64,000 nt of DNA from NCBI RefSeq assembly GCF_964188315.1, contig NC_135667.1:8556001-8620000 (forward strand), given 5' to 3'. Of this stretch, positions 1 through 11,000 are shown piece after piece. Position numbers and translations under genes: made by a program. Under the pieces are notes generated by a model. The model searched no databases, had not been told where the DNA came from, and saw only the letters and a program-made list of their open reading frames with translations. How positions within the stretch are numbered: the first letter of the stretch is position 1; the number at the start of each line of letters is the position of its first letter. Source of the stretch: Podarcis muralis. Taxonomy: Eukaryota.

Positions 1-1805
1 AGCCTTCCCAGAGCCAGGGAGATGGTTTCATCAAAGGCTTCTGGGAGCAAGCATTTGACTGTATTCTTCCCAATTTCAATGCGCCAATGGAGGTCAATGG
101 TATGTGTACTGGAGAGGAGAGGTTGCAGAGTCTTCCAAGGTCTCTATTTGAAATGAGCATGACTGGTCACAGCTACAGTATCTATAATGGTGTCTACACT
201 GTGGCTCATGCCTTGCATAACATTTACTCACCTAAATCCAAGCAAACATCTATGGGGAGAAGTAAAAGTTTACCTCAAGATCTACAGCCTTGGCAGGTAA
301 TGTTTTGAAAATGAATTGGTCCCTATGGCTGCCCCTATGGATCTTGTCACCAAAGGAGGTTGCCTTATTTTATCTCATGGGTGGGCTAGGTCTGCTCATA
401 AAGAAGGGTTTCTGTAAATCATGGCATTTGTTATTTTCGCTTCATCTCTCTCTCCCCCCTTTCCCTCTCTTAGCTCCACTCTTATCTTCATAGTATTTCA
501 TTTAACAACTCAGCTGGAGAATCAGTGACTTTTACTGATCAAAGAGAAATGGGAGGTGGATTTGACATCATGAATATGATCATGTTCCTGAATAGGTCCT
601 TCATTCGAGTGCAAGTTGGATGGATTGATCCTGATGCAATAGATGGAAGAGAATTCATCCTTTTTGAGGACATGATTCAGTGGCACAATGGTTTTAATCA
701 GGTCTGGAATCTAGGGTTTATTATCTCGCTATATTCTCCAGATTAGGCAATAACCATCACTTTTCTCCTGGATAGGTTGATTGAAAATTTTTGATTAGCT
801 AGTTGGATGAAACAATGAACTTTCCAATCAAAGATTACCTTTCTTAATTGAAGTTCAGTGGCTATTTCTCCCTTCTGAAATTATTTCCTGTTTGTTTCTA
901 TTTGTTTAAAGGTGATGCCTATATCTGTGTGCAATGACTACTGTCACCCAGGTTATAGGAAGAAAAAGAAGGAAGGGCATAAATTTTGCTGCTATGATTG
1001 TACTCCATGTCCAGAAGGGGAGATTTCAAACCAGAATGGTAAATGACATTTTTTCATTGTACAAGGTTAGCAAGTATCTGTTGAAAGGAATTTAAACATT
1101 ACCTTGTGCATGTAACCACACTGCTTGGAGTGGTGTGAATATTTTATTGCTACTTTCCAGTAAATTTTCAGTGAAACATTCAAAGTCTATTAAGCCTGGT
1201 GAAATCCCATGCACATGGATTTGAAAGGAAGCCCCAGACAACAGAATTAATGATTTCATTGTGCACATAATTTAAGAGAACCTGTCAAGTACTACAATTG
1301 TACAGAAGTTGCAGATTTATGAAACATGTCTGTGGCAAGAATGAAACACACTAGACATCCATGGTGGGTGAAATCGGCCCAGAACTTTATTCATTATGTT
1401 TCAGGAAGGAGGGGATGGCATGACACTAGTTGGAAGTCATTTGGGTCATGATTCCAGCCAGCACTTGCTGTTCAAATGATATTCCACTTGAATGTGCAGA
1501 TGCACTCAACACCCTTCAGAGTTGAATAATGCTGGACTTTTGTGTGTTGGCAAAACAAGCATTCAGGTTTCCAGTCGCAACTGTGGGAGGGGTTTGGGCA
1601 ATTCTGGGCTCCAAGTGACCCCAGGGCACGGCTTGATACTATCTGTTGCTAGGCCCTATATGGTCCACAATAATGATGTATTTCTGCCTAATGGCTTTTT
1701 GGCCCAGCTTTTCAACAAAAGCTTTAGTTCAATTAACAAAGGTTGTTTCCATTTCCTGAGGGAAAGGTGAAAACCCCTCAACCCAGAGAAAATTAAGTAT
1801 AGGAG

Positions 1806-1857
<52 letters not shown>

Positions 1858-3013
1858 CCAATTAACTGGTGACCCAAAGATTCAAGATTCTATACCTTCT
1901 GCCATTCTGGTGCATCAAGTGGCAATTTAAAATGTTTTAAACAAAACTATGTCAAATTAAGCAGGCAAATCAAAGAGTAGTTCAGATATTATACGATAAT
2001 TGGCTGACACACAATCAGACGATTCACACGAAAAACAGCAAAAACTGTTATATGTGGGGCAAACGTCACACACAAATTGTCCATGGAATTTGGCATTCTT
2101 CTGTTTTTCAGATATGACTGACTGCTTCAGATGCCCAGAAGATCAGTATGCAAATAAGAACAAAAATGGATGCATTCCCAAAATAATAACCTTTCTTTCT
2201 TATGAGGAAGCTTTAGGGATCAGCTTAATGGCAATTGCAATTGCTTTTTCCCTAATCACAATTTTGGTACTAGGAACATTTATCCAACACAAAGACACTC
2301 CAATTGTCAAAGCCAACAATAGGGATCTCACCTATGCTCTCCTCATTGCCCTTCTACTCTGCTTCCTCTCATCTCTTCTATTCATTGGACACCCTGGCCA
2401 AATGACCTGTCTTCTTCGACAGCCAACTTTTGGCATCATCTTCTCCGTGGCTGTTTCTTGTGTGTTGGCCAAAACCATCACTGTAGTTGCAGCTTTCATG
2501 GCCACCAAGCCAGGGTCCAGTATGAGGAAGTGGGTGGGGAAAAGACTGACCAATTCTGTTATCCTTTCCTGCTCCCTCGTTCAAGTGATTATTTGTACTG
2601 GGTGGTTGATGACCTCTCCCCCATTCCCTGCTCTAGACATGCACTTGGTAATGGAAGAAACCATTGTGCAATGTAATGAAGGCTCAGTGACCATGTTTTA
2701 CTGTGTCTTGGGCTACATGGGCCTCCTGGCCATTGCCAGCTTCATTGTGGCATTTGCAGCTCGCAAACTACCAGACAGTTTTAATGAAGCCAAATTCATT
2801 ACCTTCAGTATGTTGCTGTTTTGCAGTGTTTGGTTGTCTTTTGTCCCAACATACCTGAGCACCAAAGGGAAATCCATGGTGGTGGTGGAGATCTTCTCCA
2901 TCTTGTCCTCCAGTGCTGGATTGTTGGTCTGCATATTTGCCCCTAAATGCTACATCATTGTTCTGAAGCCTGAACTGAACAAAAGGGAGCAACTAATAAA
3001 GAGAAAGATGTAA
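1..3013 (+). CDS. V2R gene A, 5'-partial vomeronasal type-2 receptor; exons <1..296, 474..701, 912..1038, 2112..3013
   Basis: Exon 3 tail ends QPWQ|GT. Exon 4 is 228 nt ([16 protein letters not shown]...HNGFNQ). Exon 5 is the 127-nt Cys-rich [11 protein letters not shown]...[11 protein letters not shown]. Exon 6 is the 902-nt 7TM with [16 protein letters not shown] and APKCY motifs. All junctions are GT-AG and phases are consistent. Confidence 0.93.
1808..1854. repeat. (TA)n microsatellite
   Basis: Direct inspection. Confidence 0.95.
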
Positions 3014-3532
3014 ATTTTACCTTATTTTTTATTCTGTTGCACTGTTATATGTTAAGGGTTTTAGTATAAAAGTGGTTGCCTCTAGTAGGAAGTCAAACAC
3101 ATATTGGAAAGTTTAAGTTTATGGATTTAAAAGCAGGTTATAATGTTCTCTTACCCTATCTCAGGGGTGATGAATCTGGCTGGTGGATTCAATTTTGCCC
3201 AACTAAGATTCTTACTGGCAGATCAATCCCAACAAACCACAACCACCTGCCTCACAGGCACAAAGACACAATCAGGAGGTTAAAGTGAGTTCCCAGTTTT
3301 TTCCTTGCTGAAGGAAGGTTTCCCTGGAGCAATGTTCTCTTTTATTCCAAGGAATACTTTTGAATATCTGATAATAACCTGCTGCAGGAAAGGACTGCAA
3401 GAAAGATCATGGGGCAGCTGTTTCTGGGATCATGTGAAACATTGCGTTCCCTTCTTAAGTTTGCTGTTGCCAGGAAGTGTAATGTTGATCATGTAATTTT
3501 TGTTGCATTTATAGTACTCTGATGGGTGTGTG

Positions 3533-3635
3533 TGTTTTGTTTGGGGGGGTATATTTTATATTTGCTATTACATTGTTTTGTTTGGGGGGTATATTTTATA
3601 TTTGCTATTGCATTGTTTTGTGATGGGGGGATATG
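3533..3635. repeat. ~40-bp tandem repeat, ~2.5 copies
   Basis: Unit ttgttttgtttggggggtatattttatatttgctatt(a/g)ca is repeated. Confidence 0.8.
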
Positions 3636-3643
3636 TTCCTTTA

Positions 3644-3900
3644 CAGGGGTCAGCAAACTTTTTCAGCAGGGGGCCAGTCCACGGTCCCTCAGACCTTGGG
3701 GGGGGGGCACAGACTATATTTCAGAAAAATAAATAAATGAACAAATTCCTATTCCTCACAAATAACCCAGAGATGCATTTTAAATAAAAGGACACATTCT
3801 ACTCATTTAAAAACACACTGATTCCCAGACTATCCGCGGGCCAGATTTAGAAGGAAATTGGGCCAGATCCAGCCCCCGGGCATTAGTTTACCTACCCATG
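3644..3900. mobile_element. non-autonomous hAT-type MITE
   Basis: Imperfect TIRs caggggtcagcaaact / agtttacctacccatg; 8-bp TSD ttccttta / ttctttta. Confidence 0.75.
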
Positions 3901-4740
3901 TTCTTTTACTATTGGTTTAAGCCACTTTCATTAGTTTGTGGGAGGGGGATTGGCATTCAAATAAGATGATGATTATGGGTAATGGGAGCCCACTTTGCTT
4001 ATTAGGGGGAGGAAGCTTTCATTGAAACTGCAACAAATGCAGATGAGGGACTCCATTTTTGCAGGATAAATTTCTTCCACCTTCTATAGCAAGCCTGCTT
4101 GTAGATGCGCCTTTAAAGGACTCATTGCATTTTGGCATTCAGTGAGTGACAGGTTGGTGGCCCCAACCACCTCTGGCTCAAAAGGGATAGAGGGAAGAGC
4201 AATCAGGCTGACTACTGTGGAACAAGTTCTAATCTCTGCCCTAGCACTACATACCCAATTATAAAAATTAATTTTTATGGGTAAGAAAGAAATAGGGAAA
4301 TGCAATGGACAGTGTGGGATGAATTACTTCAATTTTATTGAATGAATCACTTTCAAATGAATTACTTTTATTGTATTGAATTATTAATATATATTTCTTT
4401 CATGGGATCGAGTAATCTTATATCATTCTCTTCAGAAATGCTGAACCACATTTGCTTAAGTACCGGTAAATAAATTGATTGCCTAAGATTAAGGGACTGA
4501 GACTCCTAACTACTTTGTAGGATAATATGGAGGAGTATATACTCCCTACAATGTTGTGGCTCTTACTGGGATAATCTACAATGGTACTTCCATCACTAAA
4601 CATTGATTTTGATGCATCAAAGGCAGTCTTTATATTTTTACCCTGAGCAGGGCAATATAGGTCACACAAATTTAAGAACAGAACAAATCAAATGTCTGCG
4701 TATGCCCACAAAACATATAGGTTTTCAGCAGGTATCCATT

Positions 4741-4815
4741 AGCTAAAGTGGTACCTCAGGTTAAGAACAGTTTCAGGTTAAGAACGAATTAAGTTCTTAA
4801 CCCGAGGTACCACTG
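4741..4815. mobile_element. Tigger/pogo-like (Tc1-mariner) MITE, one end only
   Basis: Ends ccgaggtaccactg+TA, the same TIR as the complete copy at 26462-26695. Confidence 0.75.
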
Positions 4816-4817
4816 TA

Positions 4818-5252
4818 GTCCAGTTCTGTTGTTCTTTCTTGCTCCTTTATTCAAGCAGGCATCTGTATGCTGTGGTTGTCAACCTCTCCCCCATTCTCAG
4901 AAAGAAATCATAGTGCAATGTAATGAAGGGTCATTCACCATGTTTAACTGTATCCTGAGTTACATGGGCCTCCTGGCTGCCACCAATTTCATTGTGGCAT
5001 TCCTTGCTCGCAAATTACCCGACAGTTTTAACGAAGCCAAGTTCATTACATTCAGCATGTTGCTGTTTTGTGGTGTTTGGCTTTCTTTTCTTCCAGCCTA
5101 TCTGAGCACCAAAAGGAAAGACATGGTGGCTGTGGAGATCTTCTCCACCTTGGCTTCCAGTGCTGAGTTATTGGGCTATATCATTGTCCCTAAATGTTAC
5201 ATCATTATACTAAGGTCTGAACTGAACAACAGAGAGTAACTGATTAGAAGAA
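4818..5252 (+). pseudogene. V2R exon 6 (TM4-TM7) fragment
   Basis: [24 protein letters not shown] is followed by a frameshifting deletion, then [10 protein letters not shown]...LPDSFNEAK...PKCY. Premature TAA at 5237-5239 (RE*LIRR versus REQLIRR). No upstream exons are present. Confidence 0.88.
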
Positions 5253-6563
5253 AAATTAGCGAATCTCTCTCTATGTTTTTGGTCTGTTTTATTTGAACAT
5301 TAATTGTTTTAGGAGGGAATATGTTTTTAATTCATTTATTACAAACATTTGTTTAAAATTATCGACAGATGTTACATTTCTCTATCAACTCCCCTCATCC
5401 CCTCTCATTACCTTACATCCAAACTAACTGACACCCATCCAGGTTGCCATGGTGGATTCTGGGCATTTAAATGAGCTATTCTGTACAGAGCTTCAGCATG
5501 TTGTGTTATGGGTAGCAGCCATAAAAAAGTCAAAGTTTTTTTTACCGAAACACACCTTCCCCATCCACATGAGTAAATGACACAGTTCCAGGACATATTC
5601 CCATCATTAAGAAGAGCTCGAGGCAGAACTGCCTTGAAGCGGCATTAGGATGGCCATAGTCTAGAGAAAGTCTTAATGGACACGTAGAGAAGCCTGGGGA
5701 CACATATTGGGCCCTGCTCTCAGGTTCCACATCTCTCATCTAGCCTAAGGAATTTAAAAGCAGAGGGCAAACTATTAAACTACCTTAGACTTTAAAGGTC
5801 AGCACCAACACTTGGAATTGTTGAGTTGTCAGAATTATTATTGGTGCATTTTTTTTAACATGGCTACAGGTAAAGGCAAGTGTAAGTTGGGCCCTAAGGG
5901 CAAAGGAAAGGCACCTGCACCCTTGAGGAAGCATGCACAGTCAAACCCCACCTCCTCTGAAGATGAAGAGCAAGACTGGAGGACTATATTGGTGTGCCTT
6001 TATAGAAATCAGCCCCTGCTGCAATTGCGACTCCCAAGTCATCATCATCAGTGCATGGCATGGTACAAACTGGAAGTCGTGTTGAAGGTCTTGTCAGGTC
6101 TCGGGCATGAACTTTGAGGCTCTGCATGACCTTCGACATCACATCCTAGGCCCTTCCAGGCCTCAGAAACATCACTGCAGTGTGTTACTGTGACATGACA
6201 TCATGACGTCACATTATGGTGTCACATTACATCGCGGGTGCCATTGGGCACCCATAACCTGGTGCCCAAGTTGCCTCCCCCCCAATGAAGGTATAAGTTT
6301 CACAGGAAGCACCAGCTACGGACATCACACAGGTGGTGGGCATGGCTGCTGATTTTCCTATGGCTCCATCCTTTGGAGTAGCATTTTATATACTGTAGAT
6401 AATGGCTCCTTTGCTGTGTCTCTCTGTTGTTAGGATGTTTTTCAAAGTTAGTCCATGATCTGATGGTTGCTGCTTTTGCTACTGCATTGTTTATGAAAGC
6501 TTGTGGTTGGTGGTGGGTCAGCCAGGGTATTAGAGTGTTCCCTTAATTCATACATTTTCCTGA

Positions 6564-6603
6564 TCTTCTTCTTCTTCTTCTTCTTCTTCTTCTTCTTCTT
6601 CTT

Positions 6604-6633
<30 letters not shown>
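6564..6633. repeat. (TTC)n microsatellite
   Basis: Direct inspection. Confidence 0.95.
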
Positions 6634-6634
<1 letters not shown>

Positions 6635-6778
6635 GCTTGGAGACATCCATTAAGAATAAAACATTGACATTTAAATCCCAAACGGTTTGAGACAGAAATG
6701 CACAATATTTTGATATGCTGATTTAATTCATTATAGAATTCTCCTCTGAAACTGTAAATTGATCAACTTCATTTGCAG

Positions 6779-6895
6779 TATGGTGACAAAATTCTACCAG
6801 CACAGACTTCCCTTGGCATTTGCTGTGAAAGAGATCAATGAGAACCACACGATCTTGTTGAATATCACACTGGGGTTCAACATCAATGATGTATT
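6779..6895 (+). pseudogene. orphan V2R exon-2 stub (copy 1)
   Basis: tttgcag|t ATG GTG ACA AAA = [38 protein letters not shown], then breaks off into TAT-rich sequence. Confidence 0.85.
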
Positions 6896-7579
6896 ATGGC
6901 TATGATTATGATTAATCATTACCATGAATAATAACACCACCAACAGCTAGATATCCCTCCCATGCTCCACTTCATATTCTGCTTACGCAAAACATGACCT
7001 TGAACTCTGATAATGTCTCATGAAACTGATTGGGGAACAGAGCTATGGGAATGTGTGAGAGAGTATAAAGTAGACATGATACACTGTTAAGATTTAGATA
7101 AGGTATTCTGTGCTCTTTTATTTCTGGTCCCACTAACCAATGGCATATAGCTTATTTAAGGTTAGCAAGAAGAGAATTCATTAGTCAGGCTGAAAATGAA
7201 AGCCCACCCCCCAATACCTTCTCCCAGTGCTTTTTTTCTAAAAAAAAATAATGTTTAGGGTACTCTCAGTTTGACTCAAGAAAACCACCATTTTATAGTT
7301 CAAATTGGGAAAAATAAATACAGTAAATGGACAAAAGGCCACCATCGGGGGTAGCAATGTAACTGATGATTCACCATGCTAGAAAAATAAAATAAAAAAT
7401 AGTTTCTTCTCCCGTTAGGTTCACAAAATGTATAGGGGTATGCGTACCACTGCATCCCCCCAGAAAAAAAGCAGTGGCTTCTGCTGTTTCTTGAAAATGA
7501 ATCAGGCCACGCATTTTAAAAATATAGCTTGATCTTATTGAGAAGTGCTGAGTCCCATTTCCTTGCAGAGAACTGGAGT

Positions 7580-7905
7580 TGAGAAGTGGTCTTAATCTCA
7601 AAATTTATAACTGCTCCTTTATATCCTGATGACAGTGTCTTCACTCAAGAGTTTCCTGTTGTTCTTAGCACACCAAGGAAAAACCCTTCTGCCACTTTTT
7701 TCTTTCATCTAAGCAGCAGGATTGGGAGTAAAAAAGTGTTACTCAAACTCTAAAATCTGAATAAGCAAATAATATTCCTATTCTGCAATTACTCAAATCA
7801 CTGCAATTTCTTCACCAGGTCAAATCCCCAGATGGCTTCCTGAAGGGAAGAAAACAATCAACAAGCAAGCCTGAAAGTACTTAAAATTAAGCTCATATGT
7901 TATGG
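7580..7905 (+). promoter_or_regulatory. conserved V2R upstream non-coding block (paralogous copies ~20855-21235, ~38535-38860, ~60895-61230)
   Basis: Motifs gtggtcttaatctcaaaattta, aattactcaaatcactgcaatttcttcaccagg and aagctcatatg recur 150-500 bp upstream of the ATG of B, C, D and F. Function is inferred. Confidence 0.5.
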
Positions 7906-8037
7906 TGAGCTAGTGTAGAGGTGAGAGTCAGAAAGGGCTCTATCAGTTCAATTTAGGGCGGTATAATTTCTGTTATTTCTCAAGGAATGTATTTGCAACC
8001 TTTCAATTAAATGTATACCATAAGCTAGGCTGCCAGG

Positions 8038-11000
8038 ATGTTGTTGCTATGGGTGTTGCTGAATCTAATAACTCCTGTTGCTAATACCTCTAATTCTATC
8101 CGCTGCCCTAGGAATAATCCTTTTCCTGTTCCACACGAGTGGTACCAGCCAGGTGAACTCATCATTGGGGGAGTTGTTTCTCAGAGCTATTACATTTTCT
8201 ATGAAGTTTTCTTTAAGGAACACCCATCAAAGAACCTGTTTGATGTTTCATAGTAAGTCTTTTTCATTTGAATTGCCTTTCCCTTTGTCTCATGTTTTAC
8301 AGACATGAAACCTAAAGAGAGGGATAATTTTATCACTGGCATTTTCAAGCTGCAATTGGAGCTACATTTTGGCTGAAAAAAATGTTATTTCAATTAAAAA
8401 AAAAATTAAAGCCTACCAGCTCTCAAAAAATGATTTGAATAAAAAGGTGTATTTACAATTGCTCTGCAGTATACTTATTGTGAGGAGTGGGGAAGAGAAA
8501 GGCGAAAATGTAAATAAATAAAGGTTACATTACAGATGAATTCAAAACATAAAACCATACACCATCCTTCAATATCCCCAAAGCTTCCTTGCCGTTTGAA
8601 AGAGTATTAGATTTTACTACCACATATTTCAGGTCTTTTAAAGTTTCAGTGTGTGCTGACTTGAAATGATTGCTTAGATAAATTGTATTGCCGCTGACAT
8701 TCATGAGTATATTTGCCTTTCCATTAAATATTTCTTTCATGGCTCCTGATCTGAAAAACTTCCATGGGAGAAGTTACATCATGGTGAAAGTTATCCTATA
8801 CAGATGGATATGGAAATTGGTTGAATTGTGTTGAGGCAGACAGGGATTGAGACAGTTCAGGTTAGATAGCACAGGGAAACCTGAGATTGTCAGAATGGGG
8901 CATTAGCCCAGAGAGGCTGACATTGGGCTGGGAAACCTAAAGAAATAGGAGACTAATTTTGCCACCAGCTGTGTCTTCCAGTGTGAAGGTAAGTCCATTG
9001 CCACCTGACTTCCCTTTCCATCTGATACACCGCAGGATCAATGACTGCTTCTAATGTGCAAGCAACCATCCTGCCCCAACCGCAGCTGTATACTGGAAAA
9101 AAAAGCTATCCCACTTCAATGGGACTTTCATGTAAGTCTGTATAAAATTGCAGCTTTCAGTTAAATGAAGTTGTCGCCTACTTAAGGAGAAACAGATGAG
9201 TTTTATTTTTTTCTTGATCAACTGTGACGGAAATGTCAAGCAATAGAAGAACAGCAGGTGTCTGAAAGTGTCATGCAAAGCAGTAATGCCCCGATCATTG
9301 GACAGAAGATGTCCAATATTGTAGTATGATCATATCTGTAACTAATTTACTTTATTTGCAGTATGGTGCCAAAATTTTATCAGCACGTCCTAACATTGGC
9401 TTTTGCTGTGAAAGAAGTCAATGAGAATCCCAACATCTTGCCCAATATCACACTTGGCTTCCACATCTATGACAGCTATTATGATGCAAGGATGACCTAC
9501 CGCACGACTCTAGATCTCCTCTACAAAATGAGGACATTTGTCCCCAACTACAAATGTGACACCCAGAAAACCCTCATATCCACCATTGGGGGACTTGGCC
9601 ATGATACCACTTTCCATATGGCAGACACATTAGGTCTCTACAAGATTCCACAGGTAAGAGATATGAAGGGGTGAAAGGGAATTTTTTCTTCCTACCTCTC
9701 TGGGTTGCTTCCATGTTTGTTGTAGACAGAGCCGACCTATTGGGAAGTATTCTAGCCAGTAGTTTTCCTCAGAACAGACTCATCAAAATTAGTGCATCTA
9801 GCTTAGTCATGATCATTAATTTAAAATTTAGATCTATACAAGCTTGCATCTTTATCCCATATTCCTTGTAGATTGCCTTTTCTGTTTTATTTCTAGGGAT
9901 ATGTGATTGAACAGCTCAAATCAAAATGTGCAATTAGAAAAAATAAAGCTTAGAATTTGTGGAATAAAAAGCCAAATGGTACAGAGAGAATGTTTTCCAT
10001 ATGATTTGAGATTATATTCACATTTTCTTTCAGTTTGCATACGGTTCATTTCCTCCAGTGGAGAGTGATACAAGACAGGTTCCTTCTTTTTATCGCATGG
10101 TGCCCAATGAAGCCCACCAGTTTCTGGGGATTATCCGCTTGCTTAAGCATTTTGGATGGACATGGATCGGACTCTTTGCTCTGAATGACAACAGTGGAGA
10201 ACATTTCTTGCAGACCCTGGAGCCATTGCTATCTCAAAATGGAATTTGCTCAGCCTTCACACAAAAAATCCCAAAACAAGTCCACTATGATAATGTGGAT
10301 GAAATGCATGATATAGCCTTGATTATCTATGTACATATCAGAAATAATAAAGTCACTACAATTATTGTTTATGGGGAATCTCTGGCAATTATAGCACTGA
10401 GAATTATTATATTTCTGCCAGATCCTACAAACAGGAAAAACACTTCATTTAAAAAGGTGTGGATCTTTACAGCACAGACTGATTTCATAACTATGGGTTT
10501 TAGTAAGGTTTGGGATGTCCTGCTCTTCCAGGGTTCCCTTTCCTTCACAATCCACTCACAAAATCTTCCAGCATTCAATGAATTTCTTCACAACATAAAG
10601 CCTTCCTGGACACAGGGAGATGGTTTCATCAAAGGCTTCTGGGAGCAAGCATTTGACTGTTTCCTTCCCAATTTCAATGAGCCAATGGAGGTCAATGGTA
10701 TGTGTACTGGAGCGGAGAGGTTGCAGAGTCTTCCAAGGTCTCTATTTGAAATGAGCATGACTGGTCACAGCTACAGCATCTATAATGGTGTCTATGCTGT
10801 GGCTCATGCCTTGCATAACATTTACTCACCTAGATCCAAGCAGAGAGGAATGGGGAAAAGTGAAAGATTAAAACTTCAGAATCTGGAGCCTTGGCAGGTA
10901 ATGTTCTGAGAATCAAGAGAAAAAATATTATCATTATCTGCATGAATTTATCTACCACGGGAACTTAAGACATTTCTGCTTGGTTATCTAATAAAACTAT

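Noticed and set aside
1656-1877. ORFs with YIYIYI runs (also 21890, 21899, 62891, 62899) and poly-Y/N/L/I ORFs (20862, 36223, 36233, 47804, 57988)
   Set aside because: Products of (TA)n and (TAT)n repeats
2000-2111. N-terminal extensions of the exon 6 ORFs (also 17978, 31948, 45930, 58816)
   Set aside because: Intron sequence upstream of a clear AG acceptor; not part of the CDS
2332-2992. Antisense and shifted-frame ORFs recurring over each 7TM exon
   Set aside because: They recur only because the sense exon is conserved and differ in length and starts among paralogs
6448-6705. Minus-strand ORF with a poly-Lys tract
   Set aside because: Translation of the (TTC)n microsatellite
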